A stretch of 64,000 bases of DNA from an uncultured Planctomycetota bacterium (GTDB lineage Bacteria; Planctomycetota; Planctomycetia; Isosphaerales; Isosphaeraceae): contig CAWGMQ010000004.1 of the NCBI GenBank assembly GCA_963823665.1, positions 2,496,001-2,560,000 of the forward strand, in the 5' to 3' direction. The position numbers were made by a program, and so were the translations under genes. The notes beneath the pieces are model-generated. The model saw only the letters and a program-made list of their open reading frames with translations, searched no databases and was not told the origin of the DNA. Shown piece by piece: positions 52,823-64,000 of this stretch (positions are counted from its first letter, which is position 1; the number at the start of each line of letters is the position of its first letter).

Positions 52823-54697
52823 CTACCGCAGCCAGTGATCGCACCAGAGCTGGAAAATCAGCAGCGTCCAAAGCGGTTTGCGGTGGTCGTGCTCGCCCGA
52901 TTGATGCTCTACGATGCGGCGGGCGACGACCTGGGCGTTGAAAAGGCCCTGCCGCTTGAGTCGCTCGGGGGCCAAGAGCTCGTTCATCAACGGGGCCAAT
53001 GGTCCGCGCAGCCAACTCGCCACCGGGATGCCAAAGCCCTTCTTGGGACGAGCAAGGATTTCGGGCGGCAGTTTGCCCGCCACTGCTCTCTTCAGCAACC
53101 GCTTGGTCCGGTTCCGACCGAGCTTGAACGATGGGGGTAGACCCTGCATGAAGTCGACGAGGCCGGCGTCGAGGAACGGAGCACGGACCTCGAGGCCGCA
53201 GGCCATGCTGGCCCGGTCGACCTTGGTCAAGATGTCCTCGGGCAAATACGTATCCTGGTAGAGGGCGAGGGAGCGAGAGAGTGCGTCAGCGCCACCGTCA
53301 ATCAGTCGGGCGCGACGGAGATGCTCGTCCTCGATGCCGATCGGATCGCCGCCAACCAGGAGCTCGGTGATCTCGGCGCCGGAAAACGATCCCAGCCAGC
53401 GCTGGTGAGCCAGCGGCAGTGGCTCGGCGGCGCCTCGGAGAAACTGCTTGACCTTGAAATCAAAGCTGAAGTTGCGATGGTCGACGGGCAGCTTGCGAAC
53501 GGCCGCGCCGGCGAGTGCCTGGGCCGGGCGCGGCAAGCGACGAAACATCCTGGCTGCTCGCTCGGCGAGGAACGTCGGGTAGCCCGCGAGGAGCTCGTCG
53601 GCGCCGTCGCCTCCCAGGACGACCTTCACCTCACTTCGGGCGAAACGGCTGAGGAGGTGGGTCGGCAAGATCGAGGCATCGCCGAAAGGCTCGTCGAGCC
53701 AGCTTGCGACCTTGGGCAGCAACTGATAGACGGTGTCGATCGAGAACGTCTGCTCGTGATGATCGGTGCCGAGGTGATGAGCCACGGCGCGGGCGTGGCG
53801 GCTTTCGTCGAAGCTGGGGTCTTCGAATCCGATTGAAAACGTGTGAACGCTCGCGGCGGGCTCGATCTCGCAGAGCGCCGCGGCGACGCTCGAGGAGTCA
53901 ATTCCGCCGGAGAGAAAAACGCCGATCGGGACATCGGAGCGACGGTGGCGAGAGACCGCGTCGCGAAACTGAGTCCAGAATCGCGCCGCCGCGGCTTCGA
54001 AGTTGAGACCAGCGGGACTTGATTCGTGTGGATTCCAGTAGCTCGAAACGCTGACCTTGCCATCTTCCCAGCAGAGAACTTGGCCGCGAGGAAGCTTGCG
54101 GAGCGACTGCCAGATCGAATGCGGTGCGGGCACGTATTCGTAGAACAGATAGCGGGCCAAGCTGGCTTGATCGAGGGTGCGGCCAATGGCTGGGTGCGCG
54201 AGGAGAGCCTTCGGCTCGGAGCCAAATGCGAGGCCGCCGCCGGGGAACTCGCCGTAGAACAGGGGCTTCTGGCCCATACGGTCGCGGATGAGCACGAGCC
54301 GTCGGCGCCGCGAGTCCCAGATTGCGGCGGCAAACATGCCGTTCAATCGGCGGGCGAAGTTGATTCCTTCTTCTTCGTAGAGATGGATCAGGGTCTCGGT
54401 GTCGCAGGATGTGCGGTAGGTGTGGCCTTTGGCGAGGAGCTCTTTTCTGAGCTCGAATTCGTTGTAGAGCTCGCCGTTGTAGGTGAGCCAGATCGTGTTG
54501 TCTTCATTGGCCATTGGCTGGCTGCCGCCGGCCAGATCAATGATCGAGAGGCGGCGATGACCCAGGGCGGCGGGGCCTTCGCAGTAGATGCCATCGCCGT
54601 CGGGGCCGCGGTGTGCGAGGGTGGCGGTCATGCGCTCGGCGATCGCGCGATCGGCCTGTTCACCGGCCCGATTCACGAATCCGACGATGCCGCACAT
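52823..54697 (-). CDS. asnB: Asparagine synthetase (glutamine-hydrolysing)-type amidotransferase
   Basis: MCGI, HRGPD, NGELYN, LSGGIDS, KVDRASM, RAPFLD. Confidence 0.93.
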   Translation of the reverse strand: MCGIVGFVNRAGEQADRAIAERMTATLAHRGPDGDGIYCEGPAALGHRRLSIIDLAGGSQPMANEDNTIWLTYNGELYNEFELRKELLAKGHTYRTSCDTETLIHLYEEEGINFARRLNGMFAAAIWDSRRRRLVLIRDRMGQKPLFYGEFPGGGLAFGSEPKALLAHPAIGRTLDQASLARYLFYEYVPAPHSIWQSLRKLPRGQVLCWEDGKVSVSSYWNPHESSPAGLNFEAAAARFWTQFRDAVSRHRRSDVPIGVFLSGGIDSSSVAAALCEIEPAASVHTFSIGFEDPSFDESRHARAVAHHLGTDHHEQTFSIDTVYQLLPKVASWLDEPFGDASILPTHLLSRFARSEVKVVLGGDGADELLAGYPTFLAERAARMFRRLPRPAQALAGAAVRKLPVDHRNFSFDFKVKQFLRGAAEPLPLAHQRWLGSFSGAEITELLVGGDPIGIEDEHLRRARLIDGGADALSRSLALYQDTYLPEDILTKVDRASMACGLEVRAPFLDAGLVDFMQGLPPSFKLGRNRTKRLLKRAVAGKLPPEILARPKKGFGIPVASWLRGPLAPLMNELLAPERLKRQGLFNAQVVARRIVEHQSGEHDHRKPLWTLLIFQLWCDHWLR

Positions 54698-54943
54698 GGG
54701 AGCTCGCAGTCTGGGGGCGGTGTTGAATAAGAAGCTACTCTCCCAGTGTATCGCATGGCGATGGGGATGGTCTAATTCGTTCGAGCAGGTCATCTGGTGA
54801 GAAATTGCCTCGCTGTATGTCTCTTGGTATGTTCTGCCTTCCGGTCACGATCGTTTCGTACGAACGGATCATGCTTCCCTGCGGGTTGAACTTGGCTTTC
54901 GGCGCTGGGCTGCAAGAGCGACGACATCTAACAAACGCGTCCG

Positions 54944-57095
54944 ATGGTTGAGAACACTGTCGATTCGGACTTCGACGTTGCCCGAGGGTTTCACCAGGCG
55001 GGGCGCTCCGCCGATGCTGCGCGCTGCTATCAGGCCCTGCTCGCCCGTCAGCCCGACCATGCCGGCGCTCTGCACCTCTTTGGCGTCCTGCACTACGAGA
55101 ATGGCTATTTTGCCAGGGCCGTTGAGCTGATCGGACGGGCCGTGGCTCTCGAGCGCGAGAATGCCGCGTACCACGCCAACCTGGCCGAGGCGCATCGGGC
55201 ACTCGGTCAGTACGAGCTGGCCATCGACTGCTGCCGGACCGCACTGCGGCTGCGGCCAGATTACCCCGAGGCGGCCAACAACCTCGGCCTGGCGCTGCAT
55301 GGGCTGGGCAAGTTTTCCGAAGCCGTGGCCCAGTTCCGTGCTGCGCTCGAGATGCGGCCCGATTTTGCCCTGGCCCAGAACAACCTCGGCACGTCTCTCC
55401 GCGAGCTGGGCCGGTTCAGCGAGGCCCTCCAGGCTTACCGTCAGGCGGTTGGCCTCGATCCCAAACTGGCGCTGGCGCGTAGCAACCTCGGCCAGTTGCT
55501 GGTGGATCAAGGCGAGGCCGAGGAAGGCCTGACGAACTGCGCGGAAGCTGTCGCGCTCGAGCCCAACGTGCCCGCCGCTCACAACAACCTGGGTAATGCC
55601 TTCCGTGCGCTCGAGCGCTTTGGCGAGGCGCGGGCGGCGTATGACGAGGCCTTGCGGCTCGCGAGCCTGGCGAAATCCCGACCGAGTGAGCTGGCCCAGA
55701 TCCATGCTAACCGCGGGCTGGCGCTGTTCCTCAAGGGTGACCGTGCCGGCGCCTTCGCCTGCTTTCACCATGCGGTCGAGATCGCTCCCGATGATACTAC
55801 GATCGGGCAGTATCTTGCGAACGCCCATGAGGCGGCCGAGGACTACGCCGGAGCCCTTGCTTGCTGGCAGCGGGTCGTCAAGCTCAATCCCAGGCTCGCG
55901 ATGGCGCAGAATCACCTGGGCTGGGCGCTGCTACAGGAGGGGCGGTTCGCCGAGGCCGCCGCGTGTTATCAGCGGGCGCTTGAGCTTGATCAGGATCATG
56001 TCGAGGCGATCTTGAATCAGGGCGGCCTCCACGAGGAGCTGGGCGCCCTGGCGGAGGCCGAGGCATGTTATCGTCGTGCGCAGAGCCTCCGTCCGCTGGC
56101 GCCGGCGCCGCTGGCACGGTTGGCAACGCTGTTGCGCGGCAAGTTGCCGGCGGCCGACCTCCTGGCGATTCAGACGCAGCTTGGGCTTGCTGGTGGGACG
56201 GATGGCCAGTCCGTCGCGGCAGCTCTGCCTCCACGTTCGCCAACGCGCGGGCCGTTGCTGTTTGGGCTGGCGCACGTTCTGGACGCACGGGGCGAATATG
56301 TAGCGGCCGCCGGCTGTCTCGAAGAGGCCAATGCGCTGGCGCTCAATCAGCGGCGAAGGCAGGGCAAAACGTACGACTCGGCGGCGCACTCGGGGCTGGT
56401 CGATCGGATGATCGCCGGCTTCACGCCGCGACTTTTTGAGCGACTGGCCGGCTCTGGCGGCCAAACGCGGTTACCGGTGTTTGTCTTCGGCATGCCGCGG
56501 TCCGGTACGACTCTCGTTGAGCAAGTTCTGGCCAGCCATTCTCGGGTGCATGGCGCCGGCGAGCTTGTCCTGGCCGGGAAGCTGTTTGAGTCGATCCCCG
56601 ATTTGCTCGGGCGGTCAGACGAGATGCTGCCGTGCCTGGAGGCCCTCGATGCGGCGACCGTGTACGAGCTTTCCCGGCGGCACCTCGACGGACTGGACGC
56701 GACTCTGCGGTCGATCACGCCGCGACGAGATCGGGTCGTGGACAAGATGCCCGACAATTACCTGTATCTCGGGCTCCTGGCACTACTGTTTCCGCGCGAA
56801 CGTTCATCCACGTGCGCCGCGACTTGCGCGACGTGGCGGTGTCTTGCTGGATGACCAATTTCCGGAACATTCGGTGGGCCAACGATCGTGAAGATCTGGC
56901 CGGCCGATGCCGCGATTACCGCAGACTGATGGAGCACTGGCAAGCGGTCCTGCCCGTGCGAGTGCACGAGGTGGCTTACGAAAGGCTGATCGTCGAATTT
57001 GAGGCCGAGGCCCCGCGGTTGCTCGGGGCGTGTGGTCTCGAATGGGAGCCGGCGTGCGGCCGGTTCCATGAAACAGCTCGACCGGTGCGAACGGC
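54944..57095 (+). CDS. TPR-sulfotransferase (frameshift ~56800; C-terminus truncated)
   Basis: TPR array; FVFGMPRSGTTLVEQ, DKMP, RDLRDVAVS; breaks off at PVRTA. Confidence 0.85.
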
Positions 57096-57096
57096 G

Positions 57097-60000
57097 GGGG
57101 GGGACTTGGGGGTGCGGTCTTTGATGACGGCGGCAGCTTCACGGCCGAGGGTTGCACGTTCGTGAACAATCAAGCCGTGGGCGGGCAAGGCGGCGGGGGT
57201 CCCGGCACGTTGGCTTCCCGACCCGGAATTGGGGGCGGCGGCGGAGGTATGGGCGCCTCGGCTCCCACAAACGGAAACGGTGGAGGAGTTCACGGCGGTC
57301 AGCTCGAGTTGTCCGGCGGCTTCGGTGGTGGCGGTGGCGGTGCCACGATCACCGGCGGCGGCCACCGCGGCGGTTTTGGCGGTGGTGGTGGCGGTGGGGG
57401 CAGCTTGAGCCCCGGCAGCGAGGAAGGGGGCCTTGGCGGCTTCGGCGGTGGTGGTGGCGGCGGCAGCTTTGGCTATCCCAGCCTCTTCGGCGGCGGCAAG
57501 GGCGGTAGTTGGCTCTACATCGGTGGTGGCGGCGGCGGAGCCGGGCTGGGCGGAGGCATCTTCAACAATCAGGGTACGATCACGCTGGCCGATGACACTT
57601 TCACCGGTAACTCCGCCCGAGGCGGCAGCGGCGGCATTAGCGGCAGCGACAGCGGTGTTGGCGCCGGCGCCGCGGGCGAAGGGCTTGGCGGTGCAGTATT
57701 CACACGCAACGGCAGCATCGACGCCACGTTCGTGACCTTTAGCGGCAATACAGCCGCGGACGGGGCCACCGACCTCTACGTCTTGAGCGACGTGTCCAGT
57801 GGCGGCGACGGCTCGAGCCCGCCCAAGCTCCCCCGCGGCTCCGCCACGGCACAGCTCGTCAACTGCATTCTCGGCCAGAACGGGGCCACGACCGTAGCCG
57901 ATTTCTTCGCCTGGGGCGACACTATAGGCGGCTTTACCGCCACTGCGCCCAGCTTTACCGGCAGCACCGATAACCTGGTCACGCTCAATGGTGGCGGATC
58001 CGACGGGTTGCCGGCGGGCGCGCTCGTCAGCGGCACCAACCCGCATTTCGCGGCCGCCGGGCTCTCCAAGAACGGCGGGGCGACAAAGACGATCGCTCTG
58101 ACGGCGGCGAGCACGGCGGCGATCGGGACGGGAGCGACTGGAACCGGGGTCGCTGTCGATGAGCGCGGCGTGGCGCGGGCAGCGGTGCCGGACCTTGGCG
58201 CCTTTGCATTTTCCACTGGCCATAGCTACGTGGTCACCAACACCAGTTACAGCAGCATCGGCAGTCTGGGCGCCGCCATCGGGGGTGCCGTCATCGCAAA
58301 CGACCCAAGTGCCACGATCACCTTCAGCCTTCCCAACAATTCCACGATCCAGCTCGATTCGAGCGACTTCAACTCGGCTGCGGCCGAGTATGGCCCGACG
58401 GCGTACTTCATCAACGGCAAGAGCGGCACCAGCATCACCATCGACGGTTCCGGAGCACCGGGCCTGGTGATCGACGGCGGCAACGTCGTGCGCCTCTTCA
58501 CCGTGGCGGACGGTGACTCGCTGAGCTTGGAGAACTTGACGCTGCAACATGGCTATGCGTTCGGGGGCGCAGGCTCCGGGGCCGGCGGCGGCGCGGGATT
58601 GGGGGGCGCGGTCTTCGATGACGGCGGCAGTTTCACGGCTCTAGGCTGCACGTTCGTTAATAACCAAGCCGTGGGGGGGAAGGGCGGTAGCGGCACGGGC
58701 GGCGGGGGCGGCGGCCTCGGAGGTGCGGCTTCCTCAAATGGAGACGGGGGCGGAGTCAACGGCGGCGGCCTCCACGAGGACGGTGGCTTCGGCGGCGGCG
58801 GCGGCGCTGGTGGCGGCAACGGTGGCTTCGGCGCCGGGGGCGGCGGCAGCGAGAGCAGCGGCATCGGCGGCGACGGTGGCACTGGTGGCTTCGGCGGCGG
58901 GGGCGGCGGCAGCTTCGGCCACGATGGCGGCGGCGGCATGAGCGTCGGCTTCGGCGGTGGCATCGGCGGCTACGACGGCGTCGGTGGCGGCGGCGGCGGC
59001 ATGGGCGGGGGTATCTTCAGCAACCAGGGAGCCATCACGCTGACAAACGATACCTTCACCGCCAACTCCGCGATCGGCGGCAGCCGCGGCGGGCCCGACG
59101 CCACCGCAGGCGCGAGCCTCGGCGGGGCCGTCTTCGCTCGCAACGGCAGCGTCGATGCGACCTTCGTGACCTTCAGCGCCAATTCCGCCGTCGGCGGGGG
59201 CACCGACCTCTACGTCTTGAACGACGTGAGCAACGGCGGCAACAGCACGAGCCCGGCCACCGGCTCGGCCACGGCCCAGCTCGTCAACTGCATTCTGGGC
59301 CAGAACGCGGCGACGACCAAATCCGACTTCTTCGCGGGCCAGAATGGCACGCCAGTCCTGCCCACCTTTAGCGGCAGCAGCAATAACCTGGTCACTCTTG
59401 ATGGCAATGGGGCGGGATCCAACGGCTTGCCCGCGGGCGCGCTCGTCAGCGGCACCGACCCGAACTTCGCGGCCGCCGGATTGTCCAACAACGGCGGGGA
59501 CACAAAGACGATCGCTCTGACGGCGGCGAGCACGGCGGCGCTTGGGACCGGAGCGACCGGAACCGGCATCACGGTCGATCAGCGCGGCGTCTCGCGAGGA
59601 ATGGCTCCGGATCTTGGCGCCTATCAGATCGTGACCCCTGCCACGACTCCGACTGTAACGGCTGTCAGCTCTACCACGGCGAACGGGAGATACGGGGTAA
59701 GCTCGGTCATCACGCTCACCCTCGGCTGGAGCCAGGCCGTGGTGGTCACGGGCACGCCGGAACTGGCGCTCGACTCAGGCGGCACGGCCAGTTACTCAAG
59801 CGGCAGCGGCACGAGCACTCTGACCTTCATTTACACTGTCGCCGCAGGCCAGTCCGCCGATCCACTCGATGAAATGTCGAGTACCGCGCTGTCCCTCAAC
59901 GGCGGCACGATCTTTGACGCTTTGACCGACTCGAGCGCCGCCAACCTCACGTTGCCGGTGCCGGGGTCAGGCGGTTCGATCGCTGGTACCGCGTCGATCA

Positions 60001-60509
60001 TCATCGACACGACTGCTCCGACGGTCACGCAGTATGACGTCATCTTCGGAATTGATAACCTGACGTACAATCTGATCGGTTCGACCCGCTACGATCTCCC
60101 CTGGCAGATCACCGGCATCAAGATCGTCTTCAGCGAGCCGATCAGCACGGCCAACGTCAACAGCTTGACCGGCCTGTCCACGACCGGATTCAGGGGGCTG
60201 GGCACGAACACGCTGGTCTGGTCGATCAGTAGCATCACGCAGGGAACCTTCTCTACCAGCGTCATCAATAGCGGGATGAATGCCATCAAGGACGCCGCGG
60301 GCAACACTCTTGCCAGTCCGTCCAGCCAGAACTTCAAGGTCCTTTATGGAGATTTCAACGGGGACGGGGTCGTGAGCAGCGCCGACATGCTTGGCGTTTA
60401 CGACGCCATGAGCCAAACCTACAACATCTTCGCCGACTTGAACGGCGATGGCGTTGTGAATACGACGGACGTTCAGATTGCTCGCAGCCGCATCGGCGCA
60501 CAGATATGA
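57097..60509 (+). CDS. Gly-rich extracellular repeat protein with a dockerin-like C-terminus; N-terminus missing
   Basis: Two homologous Gly-rich blocks (~57100-58210 and ~58590-59630) ending NGG.TKTIAL...D(E/Q)RG...DLGA; tail GDFNGDGVVSSAD...ADLNGDGVVNTTD. Confidence 0.8.
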
Positions 60510-60612
60510 TCGATCGATCTTGGCCCGAGCCAGCTCGAGCGCTGCGGGCGAATCGCTCTGGCTTCCAGACTTTGGTTTTTCCGTTCTCGACGAATAAAGA
60601 AGGAGGCTCTTC

Positions 60613-61262
60613 ATGCACGGTTCGTTCGCGGCTTGGTCACGGCGCTGCATTCTATCCGCCGCGTTTGCGGGGTTTTTGCCGTGCGCGGGCCCGCCTGCTC
60701 GCGCCGGTATCACCGTGTCGGTCCAAAGCGTTTCGGCCGCCGCGGGCACATCGGGCAATACCCTGGAGGTCGACGTGCAAAACACGGGCGCATCCGTCGA
60801 CATCGCCGCGTTTTCGTTCGAGATTTTGGTGCCTTCCGGCAGCGGCGTCACCTTTACCGGGGCCGACATCTCCACATCGCTCGCCACATATATCTTTGCG
60901 GGGAATTCGTTCTTCGGGCCCGACATCGCCTTTAGCACAGGCACGACCCTTGATGCCGGGGACCTTGCGGTCACGGGCTCCACGACCCTGGGTAGCGGTG
61001 GCACTCTAGGTCTGGGCCTGGTGTCCTTCGACCTCGCCGCTGGAGCCCCACTTGGTCCGGTGACTGTATCCCTGACAGGCTACCCGTTCACCAGCCTGAC
61101 CGACCCGGATCAGAGCAATGTCCCGATCGACACGCTGGAGGCCGGCACGATCACGATCTCGGGCGGCGCTGTTCCCGAGCCCTCGTCGCTGATTTTGGGG
61201 ACACTCGGATTCCTGGGCGCTGCTTGCCTGGTGCGCACCCATGCGGCCGTCGGCGGCGTGAA
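60613..61262 (+). CDS. Cohesin-like PEP-CTERM protein (3' end uncertain)
   Basis: Signal ARA-G; beta-sandwich pattern; VPEPSSLILGTLGFLG. Confidence 0.75.
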
Positions 61263-61268
61263 CCCTGC

Positions 61269-61352
61269 GGTACCGGTGGTGGGAATCGAACGCACACGGG
61301 GTTGCCCACACGAGCTCTCCCCCCAGTGGATTTTAGGTGCTCGACGTCTGAC
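61269..61352 (-). pseudogene. Degenerate tRNA-Leu-like remnant
   Basis: GGTACCGGTGGTGGGAATCGAACGCACACGGGGTTGCCC...GGATTTTAG..CGTCTGAC resembles reverse-complemented tRNA-Leu with mismatches and an insertion. Confidence 0.55.
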
Positions 61353-61409
61353 GCGCTATTGGCACATAAGGTGCCTTACGTCGTGTTCATCCCGCACAAG
61401 TACGACGGG

Positions 61410-61583
61410 AAGACGCACCATCCCGTTCATGGCGACGCCGACCATTCCATGCCCGCTGCCAAAACCCGCGAGCTGATCGCCGCTCTCGAGAAAATCAGCG
61501 GCCATCCCAAATACACCGAGTACCCGGGTGTCGGTCACACTCCCGAGAAGGCCTATCACGAGAAGGACTCTATCACTCGCTGA
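61410..61583 (+). pseudogene. C-terminal fragment of an alpha/beta-hydrolase
   Basis: HGDAD...ALEK..GHPKYTEYPGVGH with no N-terminal half. Confidence 0.6.
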
Positions 61584-61763
61584 AGGAGCAAAAGAGGCCG
61601 TGACGAACGCCCGTGTCCGTTTGCGCCGTGCCGCTCGCGCTCATCATTGACGGCATAGCTCCTTCGGGCCTGCACGACACACTCGGAAAGACTTACGACT
61701 GATATCGTGCCATTCGGGACAGTCCCGCTTTCTCGTGCCCGCTTTCTCGTGGCGCGGGACGTT

Positions 61764-62399
61764 TCAGTCGCGGAGAAGGAGGGCGGCCAGCTCGTCGAGC
61801 AGGCGGCGGTCGTCGGGTTTGAGACCGTGCTGCGCGGCGCTCTGGAGCACCGTATCGCGAATGGCCGCATGCGCGCGCCGTGCTTCCTCAAGATCGCCGC
61901 GGGCAATTGCCAGGCGTGCATGGTTGAAGAGTTGAAGTGCGCTCGGATGTTTGCTGCTCAGCGCGTGCGCCACGTCGAACGGCGCGTCGGGGGCAGGCTG
62001 CTGCTGGGTCATTCGCATCCAGCCTGCGCAGACAGCACAGATGAGCAAGAGTGCGGCGAGCGCAGGCCGGCGCGGGGCGGGACGAGGAGTTGCCCGCAAC
62101 AGGATCGCCACGCTGCCGAGCTGGAGGACTTCGCCGGGCATCAGTATCCCGGTTTGGCCGGGCGGTACGATTCGCTGGCCGCAGAAGACCGGCAGGTTGC
62201 CGAGATTTTTCACGAGTGCGTGGCGGCCGTGAGGTGTGACAAGTGCCGACCCTTCGGGGACGGCGATCGTGGCATCGGGCGGCGGGGCGATGCGGCAGCC
62301 CGCGATGCCCTTGAGAGGATGGACGATGCCATCGACGACGAGCTCCAAACGACCCACATCGCGCGAATGAAGTTGTGCGGCCACGATCTCCTCCGACAC
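61764..62399 (-). CDS. Hypothetical membrane-associated protein downstream of the tad-like genes
   Basis: ORF with a central TM segment, co-oriented with the tadB/C-like genes. Confidence 0.5.
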   Translation of the reverse strand: MSEEIVAAQLHSRDVGRLELVVDGIVHPLKGIAGCRIAPPPDATIAVPEGSALVTPHGRHALVKNLGNLPVFCGQRIVPPGQTGILMPGEVLQLGSVAILLRATPRPAPRRPALAALLLICAVCAGWMRMTQQQPAPDAPFDVAHALSSKHPSALQLFNHARLAIARGDLEEARRAHAAIRDTVLQSAAQHGLKPDDRRLLDELAALLLRD

Positions 62400-62444
62400 G
62401 CGTGATCAGCCATGAGGGAACAGGCAGCGCTTTCGAGCAGCCGG

Positions 62445-63308
62445 CTAGAACTGTTCGAATGCGTGCAAGATGAACGGAACCGTGATTACGAGGATGCATG
62501 CCAGCGATATCAAGAGCACGGGGCCCGAGAGTTTTGCGCGGGCTTCTTCTGCGACCTTCTGGTTGCGTGCGGCGTCGCGCTCGCGAAGCTGGCGGGCGAT
62601 TGACCGAAACGTGGAGACGAGCGCGACGCCGGTTTCCTCGCCGCGCGCCAGCTCGACGGCGACTTGGCGGAGGTCTGGGTGAGCGCTCATGACCACCGAC
62701 TTACGCGCGGCTGAAGCGAGAGTTTGGCCGCCGTCGACGGCGCGGGAGAGCTGGGCGAGCTCGTCTCCCGCGGGATGGCCGACGAGCTCGGCGGCGACAG
62801 ACCGGACGGATGCGGCGGGGCTGGCGCCGGCGGCGAGCTGAGCGACCATCAATTCCGCGGCGAACGAGAGGCGAGTGCGAATGCGCGCCAGGCGCGCGGC
62901 TGCTCGATGGGCGAGATCGCGCCGCGCGTAAGAGGGATACCAGAGCGCGAACAGGGCGCCGATTGCGATCCCGGGCCATCCGACGGCCAGCGCGGCAGCG
63001 GCGGATACTGAGGCGCCGCCTGCCCAGCCGGCAACGCGGGAGCGCGCCAGGAATTCGGCTCCGTTCCAGAACACCGGGTCGGCAGCGATTCGGAGCTGCT
63101 CGGTGACTGCGATGGCTTCCTTGTCAGGAATGCGGGCCGCGACGCGCGTGATCCACGAGCCGAGGTAACGGTACACGAAGTCGGATCGGCGCAGATTATC
63201 GTATCGCGCGAGCTCGTCGCCGGGTTGAGCGGGTTGAAGAACGTGGCAAGCGACGGCGACACCGACCGCAGCCCACAGAAAGATTGCAAGCCAGAAGACG
63301 AGTTGCAT
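62445..63308 (-). CDS. TadC-like (T2SS F family) protein
   Basis: TM segments; ELM...AG, RGEETG, EEARAKL.GP pattern. Confidence 0.75.
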   Translation of the reverse strand: MQLVFWLAIFLWAAVGVAVACHVLQPAQPGDELARYDNLRRSDFVYRYLGSWITRVAARIPDKEAIAVTEQLRIAADPVFWNGAEFLARSRVAGWAGGASVSAAAALAVGWPGIAIGALFALWYPSYARRDLAHRAAARLARIRTRLSFAAELMVAQLAAGASPAASVRSVAAELVGHPAGDELAQLSRAVDGGQTLASAARKSVVMSAHPDLRQVAVELARGEETGVALVSTFRSIARQLRERDAARNQKVAEEARAKLSGPVLLISLACILVITVPFILHAFEQF

Positions 63309-63322
63309 GGGTCATGCCCTTT

Positions 63323-64000
63323 CTCGATCAAGAATCGCCCGAGGCGCGTTCGATAATGCGCTGGCCGAGTCGGGCGCCCTGGTAGACGAGAACGCCAGCG
63401 CCAAGAGCACGAGCTGGCCGCGCCGGAGAAGAGGGAGGCAGTGCCGTCGGGAAACAGGACGAACATGATGAGCACGAACGCGATGGGGAAGGCGGTGAGC
63501 AGCCGGAGCTGCTGGCGGCCGGAGGCTGTCTGCACCTCGGCATAGCGCTCGCTGCGCTGGCGCTCTCTTACCGATTCGGCGACGGCGTCGAGGCATTCGG
63601 CCATCGGGCCGCCGGTGCGCCTGCAGGTAAGCACGGTGGTTGCGAAGAGCGTGACGCAGTCGATGTTGACGCGGTCGCGCAAGGGGGGGAGGGCCTGTTC
63701 GAGCGTAAGCCCGCCTCCGAGCTGGCGTGAAAGCTCGAGGAGCACCTCGGCGGCGAAGCCGGCGGCGTCGCGCGCGACGGTGGCCATAGCGGATTCGACA
63801 ATCGATCCGGCGCGCACGGACTCGGCGATGGCCTGCACGGCGCTGCCGAATTGATCGCGCACCTGGCGCTTGCGCTCTGCCACGCGTGCGGCCAATCGCC
63901 AGCGTGGGACCTGCGAGATCAAGAGGGCCAACCCGGCACCGAGGAGAAACGCGCCGCGATACGCGCCGATCAAGACCGCGGCGACGGCCAGGCCGGTCCA
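63323..64000 (-). CDS. TadB-like (T2SS F family) protein, partial, frameshift ~63420
   Basis: QF..AV..IAESVRAG, RRTGG.MAECL...VRER. Confidence 0.75.

Overview
GC-rich bacterial DNA, most likely Planctomycetota (Isosphaeraceae-like). This is inferred from an LExRxLLS signal motif, DUF4058, Uma2, PEP-CTERM proteins and tandem tatA genes. Many genes carry single-base frameshifts, which suggests an error-prone long-read assembly. The window has three zones. (1) 278-11692: an ~11.4 kb island bounded by identical 28-bp copies of a tmRNA-like 3' end, each set in a conserved composite att-like structure. It carries an intact type III-B CRISPR effector operon (cmr1, HD-less cas10, cmr3-6, Card1/Can2-type CARF nuclease, Csx3 ring nuclease), but no cas1/2/6, integrase or canonical array. 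It also has decayed toxin-antitoxin genes, an unknown 160-aa gene and a repeat-spacer-repeat unit. (2) ~11.7-38 kb: core-like genes (nikR, oxidoreductases, cyclase-STAND-TPR, tRNA-Leu, tatA x2, LarA-like, MntH-USP, rfbC, M16 peptidases, threonine synthase-like). (3) ~38-61.4 kb: a surface-protein and modification locus. It holds TPR glycosyltransferases, an AsnB-type amidotransferase, a TPR sulfotransferase, two PEP-CTERM proteins (one cohesin-like), a Gly-rich dockerin-like protein and a ~2150-aa signal-peptide/Vgb/RHS protein with a Zn-hydrolase-like tip. A tRNA-Leu remnant and Tad-like genes follow. All family calls come from motif recognition, not database searches.
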